64,000 nucleotides of DNA. Origin: Eledone cirrhosa (taxonomy: Eukaryota). Location of the stretch: assembly GCA_964016885.1 (NCBI GenBank), contig OZ024742.1:261206001-261270000 (forward strand), read 5' to 3'. The first letter of the stretch is position 1, and every line of letters starts with the position of its first letter. Shown here piece after piece: positions 1-14,599 of the stretch. A program made the position numbers and the translations under genes. The notes under the pieces are model-generated. The model worked only from the letters and a program-made list of their open reading frames with translations, did no database searches and had not been told where the DNA came from.

Positions 1-1170
1 AAAGCAACCAAGGAAATGAAAAATGGTAAAGCTGCTGGACTGTCAGAGATAGTCACTGAGATGCTGAAATCATCTGGGGAAGTATGAGCTGAACTAGTCA
101 CCTGCATAGTTAATCAGGTAGTGCACGATGGGGCCATACCCAATGACTAACACAGTAGTATACTCATTAATTGTTATAAGAAGAAAGGTGATGCACTGGA
201 GAAGAGCATCTACAGGGACATAAAACTGATGGACCAAGTTATGGAAGAGTCCTAGCAAAACTAAGTAAGATATAAGTCAAATTAGATGAGATGCAGTTCA
301 GTTCTTAGGGAGGCTTTTGTGGATCTGGAGAAGGCCTTTGACTATAGATTACTCTATATTTACTATTGTATTTTCATGGTAAAGGCTTTATTTCAATTAA
401 TTATCTCATGATTTTGAATCTTAACATTGGTATGAGTGACTGGTTACAGCTGGTTTGAACAGAAAGAACTGAGAGAATTCTAGCTGGATGCAACTGGTTT
501 AAATGCTAAAGGGTTAATGAAACAAGGTGTTGAAGAATGGCTTGTGAGAGCAGTGCAAGCTATGTACAGAGGAGCTGTCAGTTAGGTGATTGTAGGCTAT
601 GAGTTCAGTGAGGAATTCAGAGTGTTCATCAGGGCTCAGTCCTCAGCCCACTCATGTTTATTATAGTTCTCCAGGCCATAACAAAAAGTTTAAGTCAGGC
701 TGTCCATGGGAACTTCTGTATTTTGATGATATGGCTTTTAAAGACGAATCAGTGGAAGAGCTAGAGAAGAAATTTTGACTTTACACACAGAAATGGCTTA
801 GAGTGAACTTGGGAAAAACCAAAGTTTTGGTAAATACGAAAGACAGGACCCTGATGCCACCAGACTCTGCTGATATGTAGAAAAAGAAGTAGTTGGTAAC
901 TCTATAAGATCTACACAATGGATAAACAAGAAGTGTAGTATGACAGCAGGCAGATTAACAAGAAAAGGAAACCTTGTATGTGGTAGATGCACAAAGATAT
1001 TTGGGAGTAAGAGCATTCGGAAAATAAACTTTTTCTAATCTCAAGATGTCATAGAGGTGGTTGATAGCGGTTGCTACGTAGATGATCATAATAGTTGGGT
1101 AGGAAGTTGCAGCGAGAGCATAATAAACTAGGTTAAGACGTTCAGGAGCTACTTTCTCAGTAACTATGTC
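1..1170 (+). mobile_element. Degenerate RTE-like LINE fragment (RT region)
   Basis: Broken RT motifs (K.GKAAG, FVDLEKAFD, HQGSVLSP, ELLY.DD) with stops and frameshifts. Confidence 0.75.
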
Positions 1171-1438
1171 AGAATGCTGGCATAGATTCTCCCACTAGCA
1201 CTGGTGCAGACTCTTCCACTATCTCTCTTTTAACTCTATCTCTCTCTTTTTCTCATGAAGAAATTGGCTGTGTTAGTTGGAGTGGGATGGAATCCACCAA
1301 GTTTAAATGCTTAAGACATTCTGTATGTCATGATGGCACCACTATGACTACATTAAGAGTTAAGAGACCATGCATGCATATTCCCTGTACAACATTTCTA
1401 ATTTAATTCTCTCTTTCTCTGTCTATCTTTTTACTCAG

Positions 1439-1681
1439 TCATGGAGATATGCTGTTTCTCAACTTTGAGTCAAATGCCAGTAGCCAAGATGCTTCAGATT
1501 CTGCAGTAGCCTCGACATCATCAGCCATTCCTGTGGTCTCCAAGAAATTTAATACGAACACCAATGTTACCAACTTCAGCACCACATCCCATATACCACA
1601 TAGAAATGTTGTCTTGGATGAAGTTGATGAAATTCTTGAAAAGGAAGATGGGAAAGTTGAGAGGAAACGTAATGAACAATT
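1439..1681 (+). CDS. NPLOC4: NPL4 exon (end of UBX-like domain plus linker; first exon visible in window)
   Basis: Acceptor ttactcAG and donor GTaagt. Encodes HGDMLFL...VVLDEVDEILEKEDGKVERKRNEQL, matching the NPL4 HGDLLFL and DEID..L.K.DG.I.R motifs. Confidence 0.9.
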
Positions 1682-2433
1682 GTAAGTATTTGTGAAAAGT
1701 GTTTTGGTAGCAGTAAATTAATAGTCCTCCTGGCTATGTTGTTACAGTAGTGTTTGAACTAACAGCTTATAATAAGATTGTGATTTTGAATCCACTGCAA
1801 GCATTTCATTGTGCCTTGTGCTTTTCATCCTATCGAGGTTGATAAATAAAGTATTAGTCCAGTACTGGGGTTGATTCTTCCTCTCTCTTTCACTTTGTGT
1901 TCAGACCTGGAAAGAGATAAGCTTCACCAGGTTTTAAATGTCGTGTGTCACGACAGCACTTGTTTTTTTGTTTTTTTTTAAACCTATGAGCAGACCATTG
2001 CATTCTATATTGCCTCTCCTCACCTGTGTCAGAAATAAATATCAGATAGTGTTGAAAAGTTACCTGCAATAGACAGGTGCTTCTCCAATAGAACACTAAT
2101 ATCTCATTTAATTCACCCTTTTATTATTCTGTTTCTGAAGAATTTGGAAGGATTTATTAAAAATAATATTTCATTATTAAGATGGCATTTGTAACATAAT
2201 AAAAGGTGCGTATATAAATTTATGTTGGAAAATTTTGATAAAATAGGAACACTTTAAAATGGCTGGTTTTATTTAATAGAACCAGAGGCAGTTTGGGGAG
2301 GGTTACTTTACATATTGTTTCCTTGGTTTGATCTGATGATCAGTCTCTTTCTTTTTCAAAGCTATTCTATATATGACCAACTGTTAGTAATACCTGAGGC
2401 AGCTTCCTAATATCTGAAATAATTCAATTGTAG

Positions 2434-2482
2434 ATGTCACCATGGACCACATGGGAAGTGCCTTCACTGTGCAGCTTTAGAG
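2434..2482 (+). CDS. NPLOC4: NPL4 exon, zinc finger CHCC-1
   Basis: AG/GT boundaries, phase compatible with neighbours. Encodes CHHGPHGKCLHCAALE. Not in the ORF track. Confidence 0.92.
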
Positions 2483-2749
2483 GTAAGGCAGGCATTTTAC
2501 TCTTTTAACCCTTTCATGACCACATTTCTCATGGAATGTGTTCCATTTAACTTTGAAAATAACCAAGATTTTGGAAGGTTTTAGTAAAATAACTTTTTCA
2601 TTAAGTTTGTTTTTATAGCATAACAAAAAAATTCTTTGCATAAAATTATAATGGATGTTTTTAATTTAAATATGAACACTTCAAAATGTACAATTTTATC
2701 ATTGAACTAGAGGCAGTTTCAAGTGGGTTGGTATCAAAAGAAAGAAGTA

Positions 2750-4500
2750 ACAAGAGCACAAGAAACACAGAAAAATATTTAGAAAACAAATGAATTTTGA
2801 ATAGGGTCAGAGAGAGCTGTTTAGGTTTGCAAGGCAGTTAATGAGAGATGTGATGTGACAGGGTGAACTTCTTGAGGACAAAGAGGAGGAAATTGTTGTT
2901 GACTTGGATGGAATTAAGAAAAGCTGGAAGAGATATATGGAGAATGTGGATATATATTGTTGAAAATGGAGAATGAATGAAATAGTAACATAGAAGTAAT
3001 CCAGTTCTTGGACTGATAGAGGAGGTAGCTGAAGAAGAAGTTGAGGAAGCATTTAGAAAGATGAGTGGAAAAGCAGGAGAGCAAACAGGTATTGTGCGAG
3101 ATATGTTAAAGGCAGTGGAAAGTTGGGGTTGGAAGAGAATGACAGAGATCTGAAGGTTGGTCGTGAAACAAGACTATTCCAGTGGATTTGCAGTTGAGTA
3201 CTGTCATTCCTCTCAACAAGGAGAAAACCAATCCTCAATATTGTAGCTTGTATAGAATAATTAAGCCATTGCTACATAAAATAAAGGTATTGGAAAGAGT
3301 TTTAGAGAAGAGGATAAAAAGTGAAGATTAGTGAAATGAAGTTTGTATTTGTGCCAAGAAAAAAATTTGACTAAGGCAGTTACAGAAGTATAGGAACCAG
3401 AAGTAGAATTTATTTTGGGGGTTTGTTGATCTGGAGAAAGCTTTCAATAAGGTCCCACATGAAGTAGTGACATTGGTGTTGGGAGTGGAAGAATGGTTGA
3501 TTAGTGTAGTGATGACAATGCACGACAAAACATGTATAGATGTAAGGACAAAGTGACAGATGGAATGCATCAGGGATCAGTCTTAAGTCCACTAGTTTTT
3601 GTAGTTGTGTTGGAGGTACTGGACCAACATAAAGAAGAGTTTACCATGGCAGCTGCTGTGCACAGATGGTAGAAAGGTGAATATTGAAAAGACGAAGGTG
3701 ATGTAAGGTGGTAAAGCATTTGATGAGATGGAAAGAACAGGAAGGTGGCTGTGTGCAGTATGCTAGTAGCATGCCTGAGTGAACTCCATTAAAAGTACAA
3801 TGTGTACTGGGTGGATACATTGAAAATGTAGTGGTGTGAAAGCATTATTAAATAATATGGCTGCTACATATAAGTGTAAAGTGTATATGAGGGGAGCTAC
3901 AGATGGTGAGGATGTCAAGCTGGATCTTGGGAATGTTGTAAAGATAGAAGGTGTGAAAATGTTATCTTGGAGACATGTTGAATGGAGAAGGTGAATCAAA
4001 TTCTTCAACAGTATCAAGAGTGAGATGTGCATGGAAAAAGTTCCAGGAACTGAATTGTGTGCTAATGAGGAGGGGAGTGTTGCTGAAACTGAAGGGAAAG
4101 TCTATGCTGCATATGTAAGAAGTGCCATGATTTATGGTAATGAAATATCGATGATGAACACGGAGCAGCAGAGAAGGCTGGAAAGAACAGAAATGAGAGT
4201 GGTCTGGTGGATGAGTGAAGTATCATTTGGAAAGAAGATAAACAATGAATTACAGAGGGTAATGAATGTTGCAAAGAGAAATGGAATAAGATGGCTAAGT
4301 CATGTACTGAGGAAGGGTGAAAGTGACTGGGTGATGGAAATGAATATGGAAAGAATTAGAGGAAGGGATGACCAAAAAAGACAGCTAAAAATGATGGAAG
4401 AAATGAAAGACAAGGTGTTTGCAAGGAGGGATGCAGACAATAGGGAAATGTGGAGAAACTTGTCATGGGGCCCACAAATCTAACCCCTTCTTTACCAGGG
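2750..4500 (+). mobile_element. Degenerate RTE-like LINE, 3' part
   Basis: FVDLEKAF, GMHQGSVLSP, VRSAMIYG.E, RLERTEMR..WM, IRWLSHVLRK. Confidence 0.8.
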
Positions 4501-4924
4501 AAGATGATCTTAAAATGTTAGTCTTGTATCCGGTGAGGACTTAACAGAAAGTATCCACAAACGTGTTTGTTAATTCAAATGTTTATCGTATCTCTACTTG
4601 TGGAAAGATCATTTTGAAAATTTTCTGTAACCCAAAGACTTTTAATACATTCCAGTTATAGTGTTATTTTGTATTTTTGAAGAATGTCTTGCTAATGTGG
4701 TTTCATGTGGTACAAGATGTTTAGGGTTAATGTAAATGGGCACTAGGGATAACTGGATAATGTTGATATTATAGTTGCAAATTAGTAGTTTGGGTGGGGT
4801 GGTGGAGAATTCCAGATAAATGTGATGTTTTACAGGGAAGATGTTGAGTAGAGTAGTAACTGTTGGCCATTATATCCATTGTTTCCTTTAGTAATCCTTT
4901 TAAATGTTATATTTCTATCTTCAG

Positions 4925-5019
4925 CCTTATGATGAGGAAGTTATGAATTCTTGTAAACCTCCAATAAAGTTCTTCTCCTTCCATTCCTATCTGCGTAAGT
5001 TGACTGGTGGAGCAGACAA
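4925..5019 (+). CDS. NPLOC4: NPL4 exon
   Basis: tcAG...GTaagt. Encodes PYDEEVMNSCKPPIKFFSFHSYLRKLTGGADK. Confidence 0.93.
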
Positions 5020-5379
5020 GTAAGTTATATCTTTTCTTTTATTCTGCTTCATTGCCTTTTATCACATGTTGTTTCTGTTACTGATCCCACCCACCGCTGC
5101 AGTCCACCTTAGCCTCTTAGACCAATCAAACTACAGCAATACAAACATCTTCACTCACTATCTGCTGGCAATAACTGCTACTGTTACAATATTTTCTATT
5201 CTTCCTGGAGATTTTGTTTATTATGGATAGGCTGAAATGATGGAGCAACCCTAAATATAAATGTGAATCCACACATTTCCAGTGACCATGCAAATCTTCT
5301 TTATTTCAGACACAGAAAGCACACACCCACCCCAACTCCTGCAAATATCCACCCTCATCTTCCTCCTCTACCATTGACA

Positions 5380-6530
5380 GCAAAGGCCCAAACTTCCAAA
5401 TTGGCACCATCAACATGAGCACAATGAAAGGAAGAACAGGAGAGATTGGGTTGTCAGACGAACTCAAAGATAGGTTTTATGAATCCCTAATGTACACTAC
5501 TATTCTAATAAATGACAGTGACTTCCTAATCATCGCAGGGGATTTTAATGGACACACAGGAAAACACTGTGACAGCTTCAGAGTCCATGGTGGCCATCAG
5601 GTTTGGCGCAAAAAATGAAGAAGGCTTGAAGTCCCTAGAATTCTGCAATTTCAATGATATGTAATACAAACTTCAAAAAACCTGACAACCACCTCATTGC
5701 CTATAGATCTGTTGAACATTCTAGTCAGATAGATTTTATTCTTACCAGAGGTTGAGATAGTGATGGTGGTGAACACAAAATCCTTCCCTGGCGAGGAATG
5801 CACCTCCCAACTTAATCTAGTTATTAGCAACTTCATTATCAGAGCTAGATGAACTTGGAGATGGAAGGCAACCTGAAAGAGAAGGATATGGAAGTTGAAA
5901 GAGCCCTCAGCCAATAATAAATTTAGAGATATTTTGCTTGACACCAATGACAGTAAGGAAGAACAAATAGAGAAATTCAATATAGTAGAGCATTGGGAGT
6001 TCCTGAAAGATAATTTACTGAAGGTGACAGATGAGATCTGTCAATGGAGCAGGGCTACGGAAGGAAGAAGAATGACCTGGCGGTGGATAAGGTAGATGAT
6101 ACAATTAAGGACAAGAGAAGGCATGGAAAAAAATGAAAGAACGAGCGAAGCAGTGTATATAACAAAGCGGCCAGGAGGGAAGCTAGGTGACAAGTATACT
6201 TTGCAAGGAGGGAAGCAGAAGATAAAAACTCCAAGCATGTATTGCAGCATGAAGACCAGAAACATGAGGTGTTCAAGATTGCAAGGCAGTGTGTTAGGGA
6301 AAATTGTGATGTCATTGGTGAGAAGTGTGTTGGTGATGATAAAGATGCACTTGCCCTCACAGTCACTGAAAAGAAAGTAGCATAGAAGAGTCATTATGGA
6401 AGATTACTGAATAAGAATGCATGGGAGAAAGAGCCTATGCCAAGTGGGCCCAACCATACAAGCTAGCAGCAGTATAGTAAGTAAGGCAATTAAGGATCTG
6501 AAGACCGGGATAGTTGCCGAGATGTTGGCC
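5380..6530 (+). mobile_element. Degenerate RTE-like LINE (APE endonuclease region)
   Basis: IGTIN..TMKGR, IIAGDFNGH, QIDFIL and PGEEC..Q motifs. Confidence 0.7.
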
Positions 6531-7197
6531 TCCTACAAGTCACGGAAAAAATAAAGGCTGTGGGCATTACCTTTCCCTCCTGACTAAATAATTAAAAAAA
6601 ACAAGAAAAATTAAGGAAAAATGTGAAGGTTGACTACAGATGTGGCCATCATCAGAATAAAAGTAGCAAGGAGGGTGTTTGTGTTAGAAAATAAATTAAA
6701 CATTCACTGGGTGAGTATATGATTGTTGCTTAAGTATAGTGTTGTGTGCAGAGAGTGGAGTCATATAGGGAAAAAAATGGACATGACGATATTTCTAATG
6801 AAATGCACTCTATTTCAATTAACGAATAATTTTGAGAGATTAACTAAAATCATTAATCATTTTGTTTCTAAGATAGCTAAATTTATGGTTCTTATATAAA
6901 ATTATGTTAGAAGATTATAAGTTAACCCTTTCATGGCTGTATTTCTAATGAAATACATTCTATTTCAATTAATTAATGAAAACTTTTGAAGGATTTATTA
7001 AAATTATTAATTATTTCATTACCAAGATAGTAACTTAACATATGATTCTTATATAAAATTATGTTGGAAGATTATAATTTAAATAAGAATCCTTTAAAAT
7101 ATGTGGTTTTGTTTAGTAGAACCAGAGCAGATTTCAATCAGGTTTTTATTAAAAGGCTTTAATACTATTTCTTTTTCTAATATATTTCATTTTCTAG

Positions 7198-7321
7198 AGG
7201 TAAATTTGCCAATTTGGAAGACATCACTTGTAAAATCAAAGATGGCTGTACAGAACACCCTTCATGGCCCCATGGTATCTGTACGAAATGTCAACCAAAT
7301 GCTGTCACATTAAACAGACAA
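7198..7321 (+). CDS. NPLOC4: NPL4 exon, zinc finger CHCC-2
   Basis: Encodes [41 protein letters not shown]. Canonical splice sites. Confidence 0.94.
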
Positions 7322-7927
7322 GTAAGTTATATCTTATTACTTGATGGGTCATTTAGTTTAGTTTAGTAAAGGTTCTTCAACTAGTGATTAGAGAATTAGG
7401 TTCATTGTAAGGTTGGGAGTTTAATTTTCAGTCCATCCAGCAGCGTTTTGTATCCTTGAGCAAGACACTTTGTCAAACCACTAAGTTACTGGACATAAAT
7501 ACAGGCACAAACATAAATACAGACATGGTGTTATACATGGACGCATATATATGTATATGAAGAACTTCTGTAGTTTCTATTTACTTAATTTCTCTCGAAA
7601 GGCATTGGTCAATCTGAAGTGGTACCCTGCAGTGGGACTGACCCTGAAATTACATTACAAAGCAAATTCCTTAACAAAACAGCCATGCTTGCTTTCATTA
7701 ATTATCTTCCCCTTTTTTTTCTTAGTTAATTTTCTAATTGTGCTTCAGCTTTTGTTGGGTGTATCCAATCTAGAATAAGTACATTGTATCCCTGTATGTT
7801 GTAAGAGATGACTAATAGGGCTGGCCTCAGTTGTAAAATATCCCCTCAAAAATGGCCTTCGATGAGGAATATGAAACTTATCATGAAGCCTGCAAGGCTA
7901 ACTCCTGTTTTAACAGGAAAATTAGCC

Positions 7928-8135
7928 TTAACCCTTATATTACCATCTTGAATTACTATTGAAAATAATAGAAAATAATCAAGAATTCGGAGGAATTTAG
8001 TAATATAACTAGTTTTTTAATTATTTAGCTCATTTGGAGCATAACTTAAAGGTTCTTACAGAAAATTATGGTGTAAGGCTTTTAGATAAATATAAACACC
8101 TTAGATTTCAGGTGTTTTGGTATCAAAAGGGTTAA
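7928..8135. mobile_element. piggyBac-like TTAA MITE (representative copy)
   Basis: TTAACCCTT...AAAGGGTTAA. Related copies at about 2110-2305, 2506-2741, 6790-7160 (two), 10265-10511, 12332-12565, 16955-17288, 21342-21586 and 40800-40997. Confidence 0.7.
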
Positions 8136-8249
8136 AACACTTGTAGTAGAAGTAATTTCTGTTTTTGCTTCATCTCTTGATATTATATCTTCTCATTAAA
8201 CCTATGTTTATATATATATATATGTTATGTTGTATTTTATTTGTTACAG

Positions 8250-8429
8250 ATATATCGGCATGTTGATAACATAATGTTTGAAAATCCCAAAATAGCTGAA
8301 CGCTTCTTGAACTATTGGCGTAGTACAGGTCGACAGCGGCTTGGAATACTTTATGGAAAATATGAGGTTCATAAAGACGTGCCTTTAGGAATTAAGGCAA
8401 CAATATTTGCCATCTATGAACCACCTCAG
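8250..8429 (+). CDS. NPLOC4: NPL4 exon, start of MPN domain
   Basis: Encodes [12 protein letters not shown]...[18 protein letters not shown]...[17 protein letters not shown]. Confidence 0.96.
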
Positions 8430-10095
8430 GTAAACTAGCTCCTTTTTCATTTTCATTTGCCAATATCATCATCATCATTTTTACGTCTTGCATGGGTTAG
8501 ATGAGTCCTCTTCAGTACAGCATCTCTCCACTCGTCTCTTTCCTTTTTTGTCTACTTTGTCAGGTATAGTTTCTTGAGATTGCTGTTCACCACTTCTACC
8601 CACAACTTCCTTCCACTTGGAACTCTTGGTATTTCTTTGCAACCAAAACATGGCAGTGGATTGTCAGAGTTGCTATGTTGACAGTCAACATTCTTTGCAA
8701 TGTTTAGTTAAGTCCCTTTACATTCTGAATTTAAATCCGACTGGAGTTGACTTATTCAAAAAAATGAAATGCCAGTTAGTTATTTCCTGAGTTGAAATGA
8801 TCTGCCATGTTTATGTTGAATGTTCACACATTCGTTGTCATTGTCATATTGATTTCTCCCAGTAAATTATGAGAACAACTTATTTACAATGCAGTCATGT
8901 CAGAACCCCACCCCAAAAGGCATAGAAACAAGGTGGACTGTTGAAAATGTGGATTGGCATGATCAAATCTAATCACTAGGCCTCATACCATTATTCCTCA
9001 CCTGCCTTTTCTTTTATTACAATGGCCTCTTCCCTTGTCATTCATATTGTCTCACCTCAAGGCTCTGCTCTAACCTTTATACCCAATCTTTCCTCCTGAG
9101 AATGTCATCATCATTTTATGAGTTGAATGGGTCGTCACGGTCGAGACTAGATGGGTTAGAGAAACCTTATTGTGTGCATATATTTCATATTTGGCATGGT
9201 CTCTACTGCTGACTGCCCTTTCTAACACCAACTACCTTTCAGAATGTATTGGATACATTTTCTTGTGGTACCTCACTAACACTTTACTGAGTGTACTGGG
9301 TGTATTTTATTGTGGCATTAGTACTAAGACCTTACAGTGTGTATTGGGTGCATTTTATAGTAACATCAGCACTAATAGTGGCACATATGTCAATCTTTTG
9401 AAATTCCTTTCCTTCCAATGTTTTCCTGCAGATTTCCAAACTGGTCATCAGCCGTATTAATCTTATTGTTACAGTCATGGGCATTGCCACTTCTTATTCT
9501 CTGACAATCCATCAAAAAGAAAGAAAACCTTTTACTGAATAATTCAGTAGCTGATGTCTGTGTTGCAAATTGTTGATAGGAAGAGTATCCAGCTGTTGAA
9601 ACCATGCAAAACAAAGAGCTGAAAAGACTTCACTTGTGTCAAGGACATAACAATATCTCAGGTACTGGTGCCATGATAAAATGCACTTAGTACATTGTGT
9701 AAAGTGGTTGGTGTTAGGAACGGCATCTAGCCATACAAGCAATGCCAGACAAAGGGTTGAGAGGATTCTTCACTTATGTCAAGGACATAACGTCTCAGAT
9801 GCTGGTGCCAGGATGAAGTGCACTCAGTACAATTTGTAAAATGGTTAGTGGTAAGAAGGGCATCCAGCAATAGAAACTATGCCAAAACTGGAATGTATGT
9901 AAACAAGACATATTTCTCTGCCTAAGAGGTCAGTAGCACTAATTAAGTACTGACTTGGTCTGTAACAACCTATCCAAACATGCCAGCATGGAAAAATGGA
10001 TGTAAAATGATGTATCTGACGGATTAAAGTTTTTTTATTGGCATCTCCTAATTTCAATAGTGTAAGCCTTTTTCTGTCTTCTGTTTTTGTTACAG

Positions 10096-10257
10096 GAAAG
10101 TTCTAAAAGTCGTATTCAAATAATGAAAGATGTTAATGAAGAATCTGTGAAGAAAATAGCTGAAAAGATGGGAATTCATCCAGTTGGCTGGATTTTCACT
10201 GATCTTATGGCAGAGGACTTGAAGAAAGCAACTGTGAAACATTATAGAGGCAATCAG
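10096..10257 (+). CDS. NPLOC4: NPL4 exon, MPN domain
   Basis: Encodes ESSKSRIQ...VGWIFTDL...YRGNQ. AG/GT boundaries. Confidence 0.95.
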
Positions 10258-11158
10258 GTAAGATTTTAACACTTTTATTTCCATGTTCCTAATGAAATAC
10301 AGAAACAGTTTGTTTCAATGAATTGTGAAAGTACTAAAAGATCTGGAAAGAATTAGTAATATAGCTTAACTTTTTCATTATTAAGCTGATATTTTGAAAA
10401 TTACTTAAGAAAAAGTTCTTATATACAATTATTTTTGAAGGTTTTAATATAAGCATGAACACTTTAAAATAGAACCAGGGACAGTTTCAGGTGGGTTAGT
10501 ACCAAAAGGGTACAATAGATTTGGAGGTTCTGTAGCCCTCATATTGTTATTTTTAAGTAAAATTAAAATCGGTAGGTTTTGGAAGCTACTACAATGCAGG
10601 TGGGATTGTAAATATCGAGGTAACAAGTCAGGATATGGAAGAAGGAGATAGGTAAGAATGAATGAAAGGATTTACAGACCTGTTTGCATTATAGTGGCTT
10701 CCAAAACCTACCAATTTTTCATATTCCACAATATCTTGTGCAAACTATACCACTCTACTGTTAATATTAAGAAATGTGTGAGTGGAGAAGGAGGTGCTTT
10801 CCAGTAAACTTTATAAATGATGGGTGAAAATGGCAAGAGTAAATGGTTCTACTCTTAGCATGAGCCTGTAGGTTGGAGAAGGACAATCAGAAGAGGGCAC
10901 GCACCTGTGGTAGTCAGAGTGAGTGATTAGATTTGTGAGGCTCCTCAATCATCCCTATTTGGAGGTTCTGTGTCAGGACTGTTTATCATCATTATACACA
11001 CTATGTATATATACTTTTTTTTCATCATCCAATTTTTATGTAAACCCCCACACTTTATATAACTTGTCTTTATCATTATAAAGACAAGTTATATAGTTAT
11101 AGTGTGGGTGTTTACATCCTTGTGGCAAATAAAAGAAATCATTATTAAATAAATAAAG

Positions 11159-11346
11159 CGGTGGATTGGCAGTATCGGTAGAGGGTCGGACGCCATGCTT
11201 TCCAGCATAGTTGAGTCCCTTTACGATCTGAGTTCAAATCCCGCCGAGGTTGACTTTGCCTTTCATCCTTACGGGGTCGATAAAATAAAGTACCAGTAAT
11301 GCACTGGGTATTTGCTGGCCTTGTGCCTAAAGTAGAAACAATTATT
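11159..11346 (+). mobile_element. SINE family A (Meta-domain-like core GCCTTTCATCC..GGGGTCGATAAA, ATT tail)
   Basis: B-box-like GAGTTCAAATCC. 18-bp TSD ATTATTAAATAAATAAAG at 11141 and 11341. Confidence 0.85.
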
Positions 11347-13004
11347 AAATAAATAAAGAAATCATTATCTTTAGGGTAATAGATTGGTTCATTAACTTTG
11401 GTTTTCATCCCGAGGTAGATAAAATAAAGCACCAGTCAGTTACTGGGGTTTATATAATTAACTTTCCAGGGTTGTGATTGACAGAATTGTTAGTCAGATA
11501 AATCCTCTGTAGTTTTTGTTTTTGCTCTCTACATTCTGAAGTCAAATCCCACTGAGGTCAGATTTGCTTTTCAAGTAATTGGATCCATATAATCGACTTT
11601 CCTTGACTTTTGTGACATTTTTTCAGCTATTCATTTTTAACCTAGCTTAGCGACCCACCAGACATTGCCCAAATACCTGTATGACCAGTCTTCTTCACAC
11701 CATAACCCTCCTCTATAATGTTGTGACCTGCTAATGTGCGGAACAACCACCTCCACCATTACCATCATTATCATCATTATGGACATGTGTTTAACAGTTG
11801 TAACTGTCTTTCATTCTTCAACGGTGTTCTGCTCTGTTTTCTTCACATGTGTGAAAGTCTTGTCTTATTGTTTCATTAGGGAATCTGCAATAATGAAGGT
11901 ACATTGCCAACTGTTGGGTCATGATCATATGGTAGTAGTTAAGGGGTTAGTTTCATGATTATATGGACTGGTCAAGCATGTGTTCTTCAGCAAATGAAAT
12001 GCCATATTAACAAGACATTCTTCAAAAGTACTAAATAGCAATATGATTACATCACATTAAAAGTTAAGTCTTTATTTTGATTTACTGCAAGTTTTCATAT
12101 CAGTCTCTCTGATTAAAAATACTGCAAACTACTAAAAATTAAAGTTTTTAGTTTCCTGCAATTTTTGTTAACAATCTATTCACTAGTAAGAACACTGTAA
12201 ACTGCACATTAAAAATTAGATTCTTTAGTTTACTGCAAATTTTGAATGATCTGTCAATTAGTTAAGATATTACAAACATTTGAATTAACAATCCATTTTT
12301 ACATATTTTCTGCTAAATCATTATAAGATATTAACCCTTTCATGACCATATTTCTCATGAAATACATTGAATATGTTTCAATTCATTTTGAAAATAATCA
12401 AGAATTTGGAATGTTTTAATAAAATAACTTTTTCATTAAGTTAAACACATAACAAAGTTCCAACATAAAATTATGGTGGAAGGTTTTAATTTAGATATGA
12501 ACACTTTAAAAGAGACAGTTTTATCACTGAACCAAAAACAGTTTCATGTGGTATCAAAAGAGTTGTTAAACCTCCGTCATTTCTGACATCGAGTGTTCCA
12601 GTTGATTCAATCAATGGAACTGCCTACTTGTGCAATTAATGTGTATGTGGCTGGGTATTTCATAGACACAATGTACCCTTAACATAGTTCTCAGAGAGAT
12701 TCAGCATGGCACAATGTGCGACAAGGCTGATCTCTTGAATTTATAGGTATAATTCATTTTTGTCAGCTGAGTAGACTGGAGCAACATGAAATAAAGCGAT
12801 TTGCTCAAGGACACAATGTGCCGTCAGGCCCTGGGATCAAACTCACTACCTTTTGATCATGAGCTGAACACCCAAACCACTAAGCAATGTGCCTTCACAT
12901 AAAACGTGTTCAGAGTTAACTTATAAATTGTTCAAGTAAATATTCCCATCATTGAGTGTCTTCTATTTAACTAACACTATTTGTCTACGCTTCTTTATGT
13001 CCAG

Positions 13005-13292
13005 TATTCACATTATTTGAGTGCAGAAGAATGTATCATGGCTGCTGAGTTTCAAAACAAATACCCTAACCCTTGCCAGTACTCTGCTGAAGGCAAGTTT
13101 GGTTCCAAGTTTGTCACTGTTGTTGTAACAGGGGACAGTAAAAACCAAGTTCACTTTGAAGGTTATCAAGTTTCCAACCAATGCATGGCGCTAGTCCGAG
13201 ATAACTGCTTGATTCCAACTAAAGATGCTCCGGAGCTCGGTTACGTGAAAGAATCTTCTAGTAAACAGTTTGTTCCTGATGTTTTCTACAAG
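13005..13292 (+). CDS. NPLOC4: NPL4 exon, MPN domain
   Basis: Encodes YSHYLSAEECIMAAEFQNKYPNPC...FGSKFVTVVVTGD...GYQVSNQCMALVRD...VPDVFYK. Confidence 0.96.
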
Positions 13293-13990
13293 GTAAACAT
13301 CCATTCCTTATCCTTATCACTGTTGTCACCATTGTTATCAACGTTGTCATCATCTTCGTTATAATCATTGTTGCCATTTTCATTATTGTCATCTTTTTTG
13401 TCATCATCAACATTCTTGCCCACATCTTGCTTATATACCTTCCAGCACTTTACAGAGTTCACTGAGTGCATTTCATCATGGCATTATAACACTTGGGAGG
13501 ATGTCATGTCCTTGACATAACTGAAAAGTCAACTCTTTATTTGGCATGATTTCTATAGCTGGATACCCCTCCTAATGCCAACCACTGTACATTTTTCATC
13601 ACATTAGCACTAGAGGTTATCATGTCCATGACATGACTAAAGAGTCCTCTCAACCCTTTATTTGGAATGATTTCTACAGTTGGATGCCCTTCCTAATGTC
13701 AACTACTCTACAGTGTGTACTGGATGTATTTTTATCACAAGACAAGTTCTTAGGAAGTTGTGTGTGTGACATGACTGAAGGGTCTTCTCAACCCTTTTGG
13801 CATGGTTTTTACAGCTGATTGCTCTTCCTAATACCAACTACATTACAGAATGTTGTTGCAGTTTTATCATGGCACTAGCACTAGAAAGGTTGTCAAGTCA
13901 CTGCTTCAACCGAACAACTCTCTTTACCTTATGGTGGTGGGGTGATACCTTGTTTAAAGGCAGCATAAATATATTTTTTTAATATTTCAG

Positions 13991-14161
13991 GTGACAGATG
14001 AATACAGGAATGAGGTGATAGAATTGGCACGACCCTTGCCTGTTGAGTATCTGTTGGTTGACATTCCATGTGCTTTTCCTGTATATCCACGGTCGTTTTT
14101 CAACAGTTCTGCTAGCAAACCTTTCCCTGTTGAAGAACGCGAGAGTCTAGGAGAAATCCAG
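13991..14161 (+). CDS. NPLOC4: NPL4 exon
   Basis: Encodes VTDEYRNEVIELARPLPVEYLLVD...FPVEERESLGEIQ. Confidence 0.95.
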
Positions 14162-14599
14162 GTGAGATCAGAATTTCTTTTAATGTCTGTGAATAGGTGA
14201 GGTTCATTGTTAGCCTTATCGATGGGGGTTTTGGACCATCATCCAATCAATATCATCATCATCATCTAGCATGGTTTAGACGAGTTGTCCTGTTGTGATA
14301 AATGCCAGGGCAGGTGACCATACCTTGCTTATACAGATCTGATTTTGACATGGTTTCTAATGCCACCACATTTACAGTGAGTACTGGGTGCTTTTTTTCG
14401 TGACATCTATACAACCACTTTACAATGTGGGCTGGCCACTTTTTGTTGTGTCGCCATCAGGACCTCTTTACAGTGTGTGTGGGCTGGGGACTTTGGTGGA
14501 AGACGTGGGTATTTGGGCGTGTGTGAGGGAGCAGATTATTAGGACATGGGAATTAAGTGGAAGGGAGGTGGGGTGGAGCACACCAGATGTATGCTTCAG